Positions 39,459 to 50,287 of a stretch of DNA of 64,000 bases are shown piece by piece. Every line of letters starts with the position of its first letter. The first letter of the stretch is position 1. The notes under the pieces were generated by a model, which saw only the letters and a program-made list of their open reading frames with translations, ran no database searches and was not told the origin of the DNA. The position numbers were made by a program, and so were the translations under genes. This stretch comes from Takakia lepidozioides (lineage: Eukaryota > Plantae > Bryophyta): assembly GCA_030704615.1 (NCBI GenBank), contig CM060732.1:11780001-11844000 (forward strand). The letters are read 5' to 3'.

Positions 39459-40760
39459 CTATCCCAAGCAGTGTGGACACAACCAATCTCCGTCAGGAAC
39501 CTTCTCAAGAGGTGGTGTCAAGCATCCCATATGCCAACCCCTTGAGCATCGATCACACACCAGCATGGTGGCTGCCCCTTTGGCAGACCCACAGAGCATG
39601 CACCTCAAACCTGCAGGTACCACTGCCAAGTTTGGGTCAACTCTGCCATCGACATTGGGAAGGTGACATGGCGCACAATTACGCACATGGTCCTTCCAAG
39701 TCATGCCATCCCGACCCTCCAAGATCAGGACCCCTGAGGGCAACACCTCTCGAACCCTCAGAATAACACGCCCTGCAGTAACATCCAGAGTCGTAGGAGC
39801 AGTCTGCTGCAAATAAACATAGTCACCAGGGCTAAACCTCCGAACCCCAGGACGATATCCTCCACCACGTATAGTGGCATACCTCAACGTATCACGGTGC
39901 TGTGCAATGGCAAGGTTCTCAAAAGCCATGGGCATGACTTTCTTGAACAACTCTGCACGCTGATCACATGCACGTACCCACACGTCCGGATCGTCAAGGT
40001 TAAGGACTTGAGCAGTGTCCCTACGAATGGCTGCAGGCAAATCCGGCTCTCGGCCAAAGAGAAGGAAATATGGTGAGAAGGAGGCAAGTGATGCTTGTTT
40101 GCTGAACCTGTAGCCCATGGCTAACCAAGGAACCTGAAGATCCCAATCTCCTAGGTGTCCCTTCTGCAAGCCATACTTGCGCAAACCCCTCTTCACCGTC
40201 TGAACAACTCTCTCTGCCAAGCCATCGGCCTCAGGATGATCCCGAGAAGTGGTGCGGTGGTCTATCAAGGCTTTATCACACAAAGCCTGAAACTCCCCCA
40301 AGAACTCTCTCCCTTGGTCCGTGAGTACCTCAGCTGGAGCACCAAATCGGCTAAGCACACGATCCAAGAATGCATACGCAGCCCCCTCACTAGCCTTGTC
40401 AGGCAATGGAACCAACTCAATCCACTTGGAGAAGTGCTCCACCATCACCAACACATATCTGTGGTGGCGCATAGTCAGTGGCAACGGTCCTGCGAAGTCA
40501 AGACTCCACCTGTAGCCCAATCCCATGATAGGTAAAGGATGCAACTGTGGTGTAGGGGCGTTGAATGAAGCACGCACCCTGTCACACACCATGCACCTAG
40601 CCACAAACTGTTGCACCTCTGTATGCATACCACGCCACCAATACTGCCCCTGCAGTAAACTGTGAGTGCGTCGCACTCCAAAATGCCCCAACTCCTCATG
40701 GGCATGCCGCACTAACCGTGCACGCTGTGTGGGGTGAGGCACAATCCTCACCCGACCACC
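39459..40760 (-). CDS. DDE integrase with C-terminal PHD finger
   Basis: HHCC (HAHEELGH...CMVC); catalytic WSLDFAG / LTDQG / GLAER; PHD C4HC3 CMLC-x-CDRC-x-WHMGC-x-WLCPHC. Copy 2 is in frame with RNaseH here, whereas copy 1 lacks one base near 40759. Confidence 0.93.
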   Translation of the reverse strand, partial: GGRVRIVPHPTQRARLVRHAHEELGHFGVRRTHSLLQGQYWWRGMHTEVQQFVARCMVCDRVRASFNAPTPQLHPLPIMGLGYRWSLDFAGPLPLTMRHHRYVLVMVEHFSKWIELVPLPDKASEGAAYAFLDRVLSRFGAPAEVLTDQGREFLGEFQALCDKALIDHRTTSRDHPEADGLAERVVQTVKRGLRKYGLQKGHLGDWDLQVPWLAMGYRFSKQASLASFSPYFLLFGREPDLPAAIRRDTAQVLNLDDPDVWVRACDQRAELFKKVMPMAFENLAIAQHRDTLRYATIRGGGYRPGVRRFSPGDYVYLQQTAPTTLDVTAGRVILRVREVLPSGVLILEGRDGMTWKDHVRNCAPCHLPNVDGRVDPNLAVVPAGLRCMLCGSAKGAATMLVCDRCSRGWHMGCLTPPLEKVPDGDWLCPHCLG

Positions 40761-42592
40761 TCCCACACTCGAAGTAGGTGTATCCCCTCCCACTTGAACC
40801 TCTTGGCTCGTTGCAGGATCCGATCCCTCTCCCTGGCAGTCACAATGGCTGCCGTGTCTCCCGTGCGGAGGTAGTCCAACACAGCCGAATCCTCATGTAT
40901 ATCTCTGGCACCACCTAGCTCATCACTAGCCTCAGGGTCCTCAGACACTCCGTCTACAGTCATCCCTGTTGTAGGTCCAATCTGACCTCCCGATGCCAAG
41001 ATACACAAAAATGCAGATGCGTGCCATCCCGGCACCATCTCCTCGTCCGTCTCACCATGCCACCGAGCTCCAGTGTCATCCTGCTGGCTCATGCATGGAT
41101 TGCGACTCAATCCATCCGCATCCCGATTGACCAAACCCGGTCGATGCACAACCTGAAAGTCATACTCCTGGAGTATAAGTGCCCACCGTGCAAGCTTCCC
41201 TGTAAGCTTGTCTGACTCCATCAACCACTTGAGTGGCTGGTGATCCGTGACAAGGGTGAAAAGATTGCCGTATAGATAGCACCTGAAGTGTGCCACGGCC
41301 CACACTGCAGCTAAGCACTCTCCCTCATATGAGCTGTACTTAGCCTCTGCAGCGTTGTTCGAGCGGCTAGCGTAAGCCACTACGAACTCTCTTCCCTCAT
41401 CATCCACCTGTGTGAGCACCGCTCCAAGCCCCAGCATGCTCCAATCCGTATGCAGCTGAAAGGGACGCCCCCTGATAGGTCGTCTCAAGATAGGCGCCGA
41501 GGTCAACCTCGCCTTGAGCTCTTGAAAAGCTCGTTCCTGCTCATCTTCCCACTGCCACTCCTGGTCCACCTTGGTCAGCTTGGTTAGAGCCTTTGCAATG
41601 GTACTAAATCCCTTGACAAACCGTCTATAATAGTTTGCCAACCCCATGAAAGCTCGAACTCGGCTCACATCCGTGGGGCGTGGAATTTGTGCAATGGCCT
41701 CTACCTTAGTCTGCTGTACCCCCAATCCTCCAGGATATATCATGTGACCCAGATACTCAATCTGGTTGTGGAAAAACTTGCACTTCCCCGGATGCAACTT
41801 CAATCCGTGCGCTCTCAAGCGCTCCAATACCACCTGAAGGTGTCTCTCATGCTCCTCCATCGTAACACTAAAGATGATGATGTCATCTATGTAGCACCGA
41901 GCAAAGTCCACCCCTGCTAGAATCCTATCCATGACTCTCTGAAACTCTGCAGGAGCATTCTTAAGCCCAAATGGTAAGAACCGCCACTGATATAGGCAAT
42001 CCTTGCCGTGCTCATTGATCCCCCAGAATGCCGTCTTCTGCTTGTCCGCCTCCTTGATTGGCAACTGGTGATATCCGGATCGTAAATCCAAAGTGCTAAA
42101 GGCCTTAGCATGCCCGATGGCATCAAAGATCTCCTCTGGTGTTGGCATGGCATACTTATCGGACTTGGTCTGACGATTTACAGGCCGGTAATCACCGCAC
42201 ATACGTCTCTCCGTCCAATTGCCATAGACATCCTTCTTGGCTGGCATCACTGTGGCTGAAGCATACTCTCCACCAGAGAGCTCCACCAAACCTGCCTCCC
42301 AGAGATCTTGAGTCCTCATCTGAATCAAAGACCTCTCCATGTCACTGTATCTATAGGGTCTCCGAAAGATTGGCGTGTCAGTGGCCAACTCAATACGGAT
42401 CTCTTGACCCTTCAGTGCTCCCAAGTCCTTCAAACTGAAGGCAAAGCAATTCCTGTAAGCCCTCAGGAACCGCCGTATACGTCGTCTCTCTCCTCCGGTG
42501 ACAATGGGTCCAATGTCAGGCTCCCAATTGTCCTCCGTAACTACAACCTTAAGTCCAGTGGGCTTAGAGGTAGAGGACGCGTCCCGTGGTTG
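40761..42592 (-). CDS. Reverse transcriptase-RNase H (Ty3/gypsy type), in frame with the DNMT ORF across a single UAG
   Basis: RMCGDYRPVN, LDLRSGYHQ, LPFGLKNAPAEFQR, YIDDIIIF, RNaseH LHTDWS / EGECLA / VTDHQPL / NRDADGLSR; frame open from 42592. Confidence 0.95.
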
Positions 42593-43912
42593 CTATGCTG
42601 CAACCTCTTGAGCAGTACTCCCTACCTGCTCAGTCAATGACAAGGCATCATCCTGCCCCATCATCTCATCCTTGAGGACCTCCTCAACTCGAGAAGAATC
42701 CCCAACCTCATCCATCACAGCCGCCTTGGCTGCCAACTCCCTCTGAACCTCGAGCACCTCCCACGTGTGCCATGGATGCATGCACCCCGTGGTCCTCATA
42801 TGCTCGCCCCCACTCACTGCCTGTACCGTCTCGGTAGGCAGAGAGACCATTGAGGGAAGTGTATTCCGCACTCTGCGTTGCTCAGCTAGAGCCAAGCTGA
42901 TAATCCAGGTCAAGCAATTGAGATCCATTGCTTGCCCCAACACTTGACGACGTGATGCCTCAGAAAGAGACGACACCGCCGTGGTACCAGTGGTAAAACC
43001 CATTGCCCGCTCACGCTCGTCAGCATTAGGCTCCACTAACTGCTGCAACTGAGCATCCCACAGGAGGCCAGGTCCACTATCCCGGAAAGCATGCGATCCT
43101 GGGAAGCTGAGCAGTGTAGGTAATGCTGCTCGTGGTTGACCCACCTTGTTGACCACTGCCAAAGGCGAACGGTCATCGTGTCTCACACGTTGAGACTGCC
43201 TCCCTGTGTCCAGAATGTTATCCACTGTGAGATGTGCTGGCCGCTGCACCCCATCAAATGCACGCTTGAGCAGTGCGGGTGGCATCATGTTAGTCCACCA
43301 TAGCCGTGGACGATGAGCCCGTGACCCCACTGTAGCTGCATCTAGCAACACTGCTGACCCAAGCCACGACCGGACTTGATGCACACTGGCCATCACCCTG
43401 GCCCGAGAATCGCCCATCAGTGGCACATTCTCCAAGATGTATGCTGGAGATACAGCTTGATGAAGCTGCAAGTGGCGCAAAACCCGCACCATCTCCCAAA
43501 ACAGACCCGACCTCGAGTCTCGCAATCCATTGCCATGCCCGGCTGATGAATGCCCTTGGCAGGGCCAACCTGCCACTACCAGATCAATGGAGCCAACCCG
43601 CTCCAAATCCTGCGCCCCCAGCAACGAAATGTCTGCTGGCAAGGCCTGCTGATATCCACGAATTGCAGACACCGACAACAACTCAGGGTACCGCTGCACC
43701 AACTGAGCAACATGGCGAAGTGAAACGCGTCGTGCAGTCTCATCCCTCTCCACATACAGGTAACGCCGAACTCGTACACCTGCCTGTAACACAGCAGCCA
43801 ATCCGGTGCTGATCCCGCCAAACAAGTCCAGAAGACAAATGCCTTCATCCGGAGACTGCCACACAATAGGTGTGGTGTCCAATGGAGACAATTGAGGTGG
43901 TCCTGGTGCAAT
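42593..43912 (-). CDS. C5 cytosine DNA methyltransferase, DNMT3-like, within the polyprotein
   Basis: Motif I LDLFGGISTG, II YVERD, IV DLVVAGWPCQGHS (catalytic PC), VI YILENV, VIII LDAATVGSRAHRPRLWWTN, IX ERERAMGFTTGTT, X RRQVLGQAM; non-permuted motif order. Confidence 0.92.
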   Translation of the reverse strand: MAPGPPQLSPLDTTPIVWQSPDEGICLLDLFGGISTGLAAVLQAGVRVRRYLYVERDETARRVSLRHVAQLVQRYPELLSVSAIRGYQQALPADISLLGAQDLERVGSIDLVVAGWPCQGHSSAGHGNGLRDSRSGLFWEMVRVLRHLQLHQAVSPAYILENVPLMGDSRARVMASVHQVRSWLGSAVLLDAATVGSRAHRPRLWWTNMMPPALLKRAFDGVQRPAHLTVDNILDTGRQSQRVRHDDRSPLAVVNKVGQPRAALPTLLSFPGSHAFRDSGPGLLWDAQLQQLVEPNADERERAMGFTTGTTAVSSLSEASRRQVLGQAMDLNCLTWIISLALAEQRRVRNTLPSMVSLPTETVQAVSGGEHMRTTGCMHPWHTWEVLEVQRELAAKAAVMDEVGDSSRVEEVLKDEMMGQDDALSLTEQVGSTAQEVAA

Positions 43913-45531
43913 CCCACACTCTCCTCCTCTCCTGACGGTACAAAAGCCTCCACCCAGGCTTGTTGCACCCGTCGATCAGCATCCCGCTGCAAATCCTTGC
44001 TCGTGCCCCACAATGGAGTCTGAGCAACCATGGTAGGCAACTCCGCCATACCATACATGTCATCCTGCTCTCCCGGAGGTGGTACATCCTCTGAATGAGC
44101 ATTGCCCTCAAGCAACTCTCTAGGCCAACTCACTGCCGCTGTGAATGCTGCTAGTGTCGGCATCTTGCCTCGCTGGGCAACCGCAACTCCTCCTATGAAC
44201 GTCACAGGGAGCTGCACACGCCGGCCCTCCCCTGACTGCCATGCAGGCCTATAGGAAGCTGACTCCTCCCAAAAATCCAGGGTGAAGCCCATGGGGTACA
44301 ACACTGCCCCACCAACCAGGACATCGTATGAGACTGCGTCTGTCACAATGGCCTTGGCTCGCATCACTGAGCCATCTGTAGGGTGATCCGGCCGTAGTCT
44401 GATAGCCAACTCATGCCGTGTCATGCCCCGAGCCTGCTCCGATCCTCCCAGAGACGTCTGTATCTGGAAAGGACAAGGCTCCATATCCGCCTCCGTGAGG
44501 CCCAAGCCTGCAATAGCAGCTCTGCCCAGCATCAGTGGCTGAGCTCCCGAGTCCAACAAGACTCGCAGTGGCCGGTACCTCTTGCCTGCCGGTCCACTCA
44601 AACAGAAAATGCCATCCTGGTTGTCTAACATGACAACTCCAGGTGTCACCATGGCGCGCTCAATGGCTGGCCTAGCTGGCAGCTCCATCAACCTGGCAGC
44701 TGCAGCTTGCCATGGCGCCGCCGTGGCAGTCTTGACCCTCAAATCCGAGGATCCCTCCGGCACTACACCTCCCACTATCTCCGCAGAAGATGAAGTAACC
44801 TCCCCACTCTCACAGAGTGTAGCTGCCAGCCTGAACACCTCAGCTGGTCTTACCCCCGGCGTCGCAATCATGGTAGCCGAGAACAATGGAGCCTGGCACA
44901 CAGATGTGGCCGCTCCTAGCAGCACACTAGCTGCCGTAGCCTTGGCAACACTAGGTAGTGGTGCTACCCGTGTAGCTCTCCCCAATGGCATAGTAACCTC
45001 CGCCTCGGTAACAGTCGGGCGAGAACTAGGTGCCATGGATGGCGTCGACACTGTCTCCGCCAATGTGAATGACTGAGGAAGCCTAGCCTGACGGCTTGCC
45101 TCCCCACGCTGTGGATCCAACTCCACCTCTGCACCTCGTGGCTCAGGAACTCGTGCTGCTCCTCGAGTCACGGCTGCAGCAGACTCCACCTGCACTAGTG
45201 GTAGTGCTGCTCCACACATGAATCCCATGCCTCCCATATCTCCTCCCTCAGGAGCAGGAGGTGGACCATCCGGCCTTAGAGCCGGTACCACCTGAGCTGT
45301 AGCCATGGCAGCGAGCCTCTGCTCTAGCTGCTGAAGCCGGTTGGCCATGCCTTGGTCAACACCCTGACCTCCGCGTCCTTGGCCACGTTGAGCTTGCCCT
45401 TGGCCTGCACCTCGTGGCTGGCCACCTCGTCCCCTCTGGGCTGCTCCACCTCGCCCCCGGCCACCATTGTTCCCTTGGAACTGGCCTGGGCGCAACTCAG
45501 GATGCAAACCATAACACTGAGCCTCTCCATG
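43913..45531 (-). CDS. Gag C-terminus (end of second zinc knuckle, RG-rich) plus aspartic protease
   Basis: HGEAQC completes CGHCGNTG; RGRGG repeats; VLLDSGAQ and YDVLVGG protease motifs (ORF 43576-45642). Confidence 0.85.
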
Positions 45532-46763
45532 CCCGTGTTGCCACAATGCCCACACTGCAACTGTGCAGGCTGTGCATGTGCCGGCCCTTTGCCTCCCTCT
45601 GGACAATCCTTCTTGACATGGGGTCCTCCACATGTCCAGCACACCACATCCGCCCGTTGTTGGCCAGCAAATGAAGGGAGAGACCCCTGCATCTGAGGTC
45701 CTCTCTGCCCTTCCCTGAGCTTCACCTGAGCCCCCTTGTTGCCTTGAGCACGTTGAGGTAGTGGTTGGCTAGGAGCACCACTACCCCGTGGTGTCTCCTT
45801 AGCAAATCCCACCATGACCACTCGTTCCTCCACCATGTTGAGCTCTATCCGCTCTGCCAGCAAAAACACATTTGCTAAGGTGGGTTGGGCCGCTTGTAGG
45901 AGAGTTGCATCCCGCACCCTTCTCCTCAGCTCCTTGTCCAATATCCCATACCAGAATTGGACTGCCTGAGCTTCCGTAACCCCTTGGGTTACATTTATCA
46001 AGCGCCTCATGCGAGTGAAAGCCTCCCTCAAGCTCTCGGTCGGCTTCCGTTGGAACTCTTGCAAGCTCCGCAACTTCTCTGTCCTCACCCCTTGGTAGTT
46101 CCCTCTCAACTCTTCGAAGAACTCCACAACAGGGTTGAAGGCAGGCACGGGTGCTAGTGCTGGTGCGGTAGTGGCTTGGGTGGACGTCGTAGCTACTGTA
46201 CCACCAGTCCCACTGCTGCTTGCTGAAGCTGCCGGTGCAGCGGCAGGTGTAGCCACTGCCCTCGTGGCTCTAGTGCCCCTAGTGATGGAGACATAGTCGG
46301 GTGACCAGTACATCCTCCACTCCTCGATCTCAACCTCATGCCCCCGCCTGAACTCATGGTAATCATCCATAGGCGGCCCCTCAAGGTGCTGAAACAGCCC
46401 TTTCCATGCCATGAAAGGCGTAAATAGTTGTGGATTGCGCATTTGCTGCAAATCACACCAACTATCAAACTCTTGGATAAAATCATCCAACTCAATGGTG
46501 CCCACCGCCCCAGAGTACCTTCGTGGCCCCTTGGTAGCTCCATACATCTCCTCCATTGTGTCCCACAACAATGGCAAAGAAACAACTTGCACCGCCGGTA
46601 TGAGTCCTCCTGATTCACAATCCGAATCAGAACCTTCCGTGGAAGACACAGGAGGTGAAGGTGGCCTAAACCGCACACCTCGTCTCGTGTACCCACTAGT
46701 ATCGCTAGTGCTCGAACCGGCACTGTCCCCAGCAACTAGTGGCACCTCCGTGTTGACACTCAA
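45532..46763 (-). CDS. Gag capsid-like domain plus CCHC zinc knuckles; start codon uncertain
   Basis: PRRYSG...LDDFIQEFDSWC; LQEFQRKPTESLREAFTRMRRL (major-homology-like QxxxES); CWTCGGPHVKKDC. Confidence 0.85.
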
Positions 46764-47499
46764 CCGGTCATGAACATGTCCCTAACCCCCTCTCCACAAG
46801 GTAACCGGGTAGAGAACCTGTTGCGGCTTATGGTTTGGAATACTAAGTTCCTAACATAGCCTACACCTGTACCTGCATCCACCGCAAGCACTCCTATGGT
46901 TGGGGTCATCACCTCCAACCTCACCACAGGAGAAACAATGATGGTCTGGCTGGTCATCACCCCAGCCTCACCATCGACAGCATGCTCTAGGACTGGCCGG
47001 TGATCAAATCCGGACCAATCACCTATAAAAACAAGCGCCCACACAAAACTAGCATGGCGCACAGTCAAGCATGCAGGTATGGAGGGGATCCAAACACAAG
47101 AAATCAGAACGACAACTCCCCCACACCAAAAACAACTCCACGGTGTTGCTCCTGCAAGGACACCCCAGCCCAAACCCGGACTGACTCTTGCCTCCACCTA
47201 CGGAAAGGTCTTGGCCTAATGAGAGGGTGGAAACTACGAGGAAGAGAAGCTAAAGCAATGCCTAACCCCAGCATGCTCTCATCCCAACACTCTCTGCCTC
47301 TCCTCTCTATCCTCACTTGCATGACCATGGGAATATCATGAAGATACTCCTCAAACCGCCCTCCACGAGCTTCAAAATTCGGCCTTCCAGACCACATGCC
47401 AGTCCTTAGGCAGTCCACCAGTGCCTCCACGAGTCAGCACAGGCCGTCCACAGGTCAACACGGGCCACCACAGACCAGCACAGGCCCACACAGCTCACT

Positions 47500-48755
47500 G
47501 GTCAGGCCGTCACAGTCCCACAGGCCACTGGGCACAGCCTGTCACAGCCCCTCACAGCCTGTCACAGCCTCAAAGGCCTCAGGCACGGCCTGTCACAGCC
47601 CCTCACAGCCCCTCACAGCCTCAAAGGCCTCAGGCACGGCCTGTCACAGCCCCTCACAGCCCGTCACAGCCCCAAAGGCCTGGGCACGGCCTGTCACAGC
47701 CCGTCACAGCCCGTCACAGCCCGTCACAGCCCCAAAGGCCTCAGGCACGGCCTGTCACAGCCCCTCACAGCCCCAAAGGCCATGGGCACGGCCTGTCACA
47801 GCCCTCACAGCCCGTCACAGCCCAAAGGCCATGGGCACGGCCTGTCACAGCCCCTCACAGCCCTCACAGCCTCACAGGGCACAGGGCACAGCCTGTCACA
47901 GCCCCTCACAGGCCATCACAGCCTGTCACAGCCTGCCAAGCATCACAGCCGTCACAGCCTCAAAGGCCTAGGGCACGGCCTGTCACAGCCCCTCACAGCC
48001 CCTCACAGCCTCAAAGGCCCAGGGCACGGCCGTCACAGCCCCTCACAGCCCGTCACAGCCCCAAAGGCCAGGGCACGGCCTGTCACAGCCCTCACAGCCC
48101 GTCACAGCCTCAAAGGCCTCAGGCACGGCCTGTCACAGCCCCTCACAGCCCTCACAGCCCCAAAGGCCATGGGCACGCCTGTCACAGCTCGCCACAGCCT
48201 GTCACAGCCCGTCACAGCCCCCAAGGCCTCAGGGCACAGCCTGTCACAGCCCCTCACAGCCCGTCACAGCCCCAAAGGCCATGGGCACAGCCTGTCACAG
48301 CCGTCACAGCCCACAGGCCACAGGGCACAGCCTGGTCACAGCCTGTCACAGCCCCATCACAGCCCATCACAGCCGGTCACAGCTTGCCACAGCCCCACAG
48401 GGCACGGGCAAAGGCCTGTCACAGCCCGTCACAGCCCGTCACAGCTCGCCCAGCCTGACACAGCCCGTCACAGCCCCACAGGGCACAGGGCACAGCCTGT
48501 CACAGCCCCTCACAGCCCCTCACAGCCCCAAAGGCCTCAGGCACAGCCTGTCACAGCCCCAAAGGCCACTGGGCACAAGCCTGTCACAGCCTGACACAGC
48601 CCGTCACAGCCCACAGGGCACAGGGCACAGCCTGTCACAGCCCATCACAGCCCATCACAGCCTGTCACAGCTTGCCACAGCCTGTCACAGCCGTCACAGC
48701 CCCACAGGCCACTGGCACAGCCTGTCACAGCTTGCACAGCCTGTCACAGCCCCAC
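47500..48755. repeat. ~1.25-kb minisatellite of 10-bp units (CC[T/C]GTCACAG / CCCCTCACAG) with higher-order CAAAGGCC-GGCAC linkers, in the retroelement 5' leader
   Basis: Direct reading; duplicated at 56030-57305; related units on the opposite strand at 53470-53645 and 62020-62205. Confidence 0.92.
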
Positions 48756-50244
48756 ACATGGCCGCTCTGGCAGTTTAGCCATTTCTCCAAGGGGTTTAGC
48801 CACGCCAAGCTAGGGTTTGTGTCTCTTGGACTCTAGGCTTCTTTCCACCGAGCTATGGTGGCTGTGAGGAAATCAGCAAGGTATCCTTGCTCTTTCGGCT
48901 CCCCACACCACCATAGTAGCCCTAAGCCATGAGGTGGTTGCCACAAACCAAGCCTTCTTTCTCACTTAGCCTCCCCAAACACGCCACTAAACTCAATGGC
49001 AAACAACCAAGCCATGCTGGTTCCCAGCCCTTGTGAGCACTCATTCAAGCACTCCTCATTGGCCATAGCATCTGTCTTAGAGCCTATTCCAGCCCTCTAC
49101 ACCTGTTGCTTCAAGAGTTGCGCTCCCTTCAAGCTTGAAGTTGAAACCCCAACTCACATAGGCCCTACAAGTGCTTTCTTTCACTCCAAGTGGAAACCAG
49201 CCCTAGACCTTCCGTTCTAGCTCTCTAAGGCTTGAAAACAAGAGCCTCAATGGGCTGAAGGCATGCTCCACACATGCCCCACTCTCACCATAAGAGAATC
49301 AGCTCCTTTGCTTCATTTCTTGCACCCACAAACCTGAAATACAAGCTTCAGCAGGCTGAAAGCATGCTCTACATGCCCTACAGGGAAACCAGCCCCTTCC
49401 TTCCTTTCTTGCACTCCCACACCTAAAAGTGCAAGCCTTCACCAGGCTGATAGCATGCTCCACACATACATTGCCCTCACATAAGGGAAGTCAGCCCTTC
49501 CCTCTTCCTTGCTTGCCCTCCAAGCTTGAAGATGGAAGCTTCAATGAGCTGAATACATGCTCCACACATGCAACCTCTTCACACAAGAGATATCAGCCCC
49601 CTATCTTGGCTCCTTGGCTCCTTGATGCTCTCTAAGACAAGACTAAGCACTCCATAGCCTTTGCCAAGCTCCTGAAACCCTAAGGCTTACATTTCCAGCC
49701 ACAAGACACTTCTCTTGTGGTGCAAGAGCTCTTCTTCCAAGCTCTGAAACCCTAGGTGCACATTCCATGGCCTTGCCGCACCTCTTAGCTCCTGTTCCAG
49801 CCCTGCTCTTGCCATGACAAGAGCCCTCTCAATGCTGAAGCTCGAGATTGAAACCCAATCTCACCATACTCCACAAAGTGCACTGATTTGCCCCAAGCCA
49901 AATCAGCCCTTTCGCTTGGTCTTGCAATCCTTCACACAATGAAAGCTCGCATTCCCAAGTCCAGTTCTCAGCTTTGCCACCAAAGCCACTATAACCTGCT
50001 CTTGACTGGTCCTCTTCCCAATCGTGCTTGCTCATGCATGTACACAATCTGGAACCATCAAGGTGCTCTGGAATTACCTGCAGCATGGTGCTTTCATCTC
50101 TGAAGCTGAAGATCGAATGCCAAGGTCTACCACCTCGTAACCCACATCGCCTCCGCTTCTAACAACCAAGAGCTCCACGGTGCTCCTTGCATAACAACTT
50201 GGTTTCTCTCATTCTCAAGCAAAAACCACAAGTGCTACAACTAA

Positions 50245-50287
50245 CTCGTATCTAGCACTCATAGATACGAGCTCATCTTTCTCGAGT
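50245..50287 (-). promoter_or_regulatory. Putative self-priming PBS plus adjacent 10-bp hairpin
   Basis: 50271-50287 is the perfect reverse complement of 50452-50468 inside repeat B; hairpin CTCGTATCTA-7nt-TAGATACGAG at 50245-50271; no TGG tRNA-type PBS. Confidence 0.65.

Noticed and set aside
42593-43891. Host DRM/DNMT3 gene or bacterial restriction-modification contamination
   Set aside because: Intronless, in frame with RT, inside the TSD-bounded element, and its downstream linker recurs in copy 2
43900-45540. Programmed ribosomal frameshifts between gag, PR and DNMT
   Set aside because: No slippery heptamer is evident and one break falls inside a zinc knuckle; single-base loss in G runs is the simpler explanation
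47396-48778. Long + strand ORFs (191-345 aa) rich in S/Q/P/H/T/A
   Set aside because: Translations of a 10-bp minisatellite, open in several frames, with no domain
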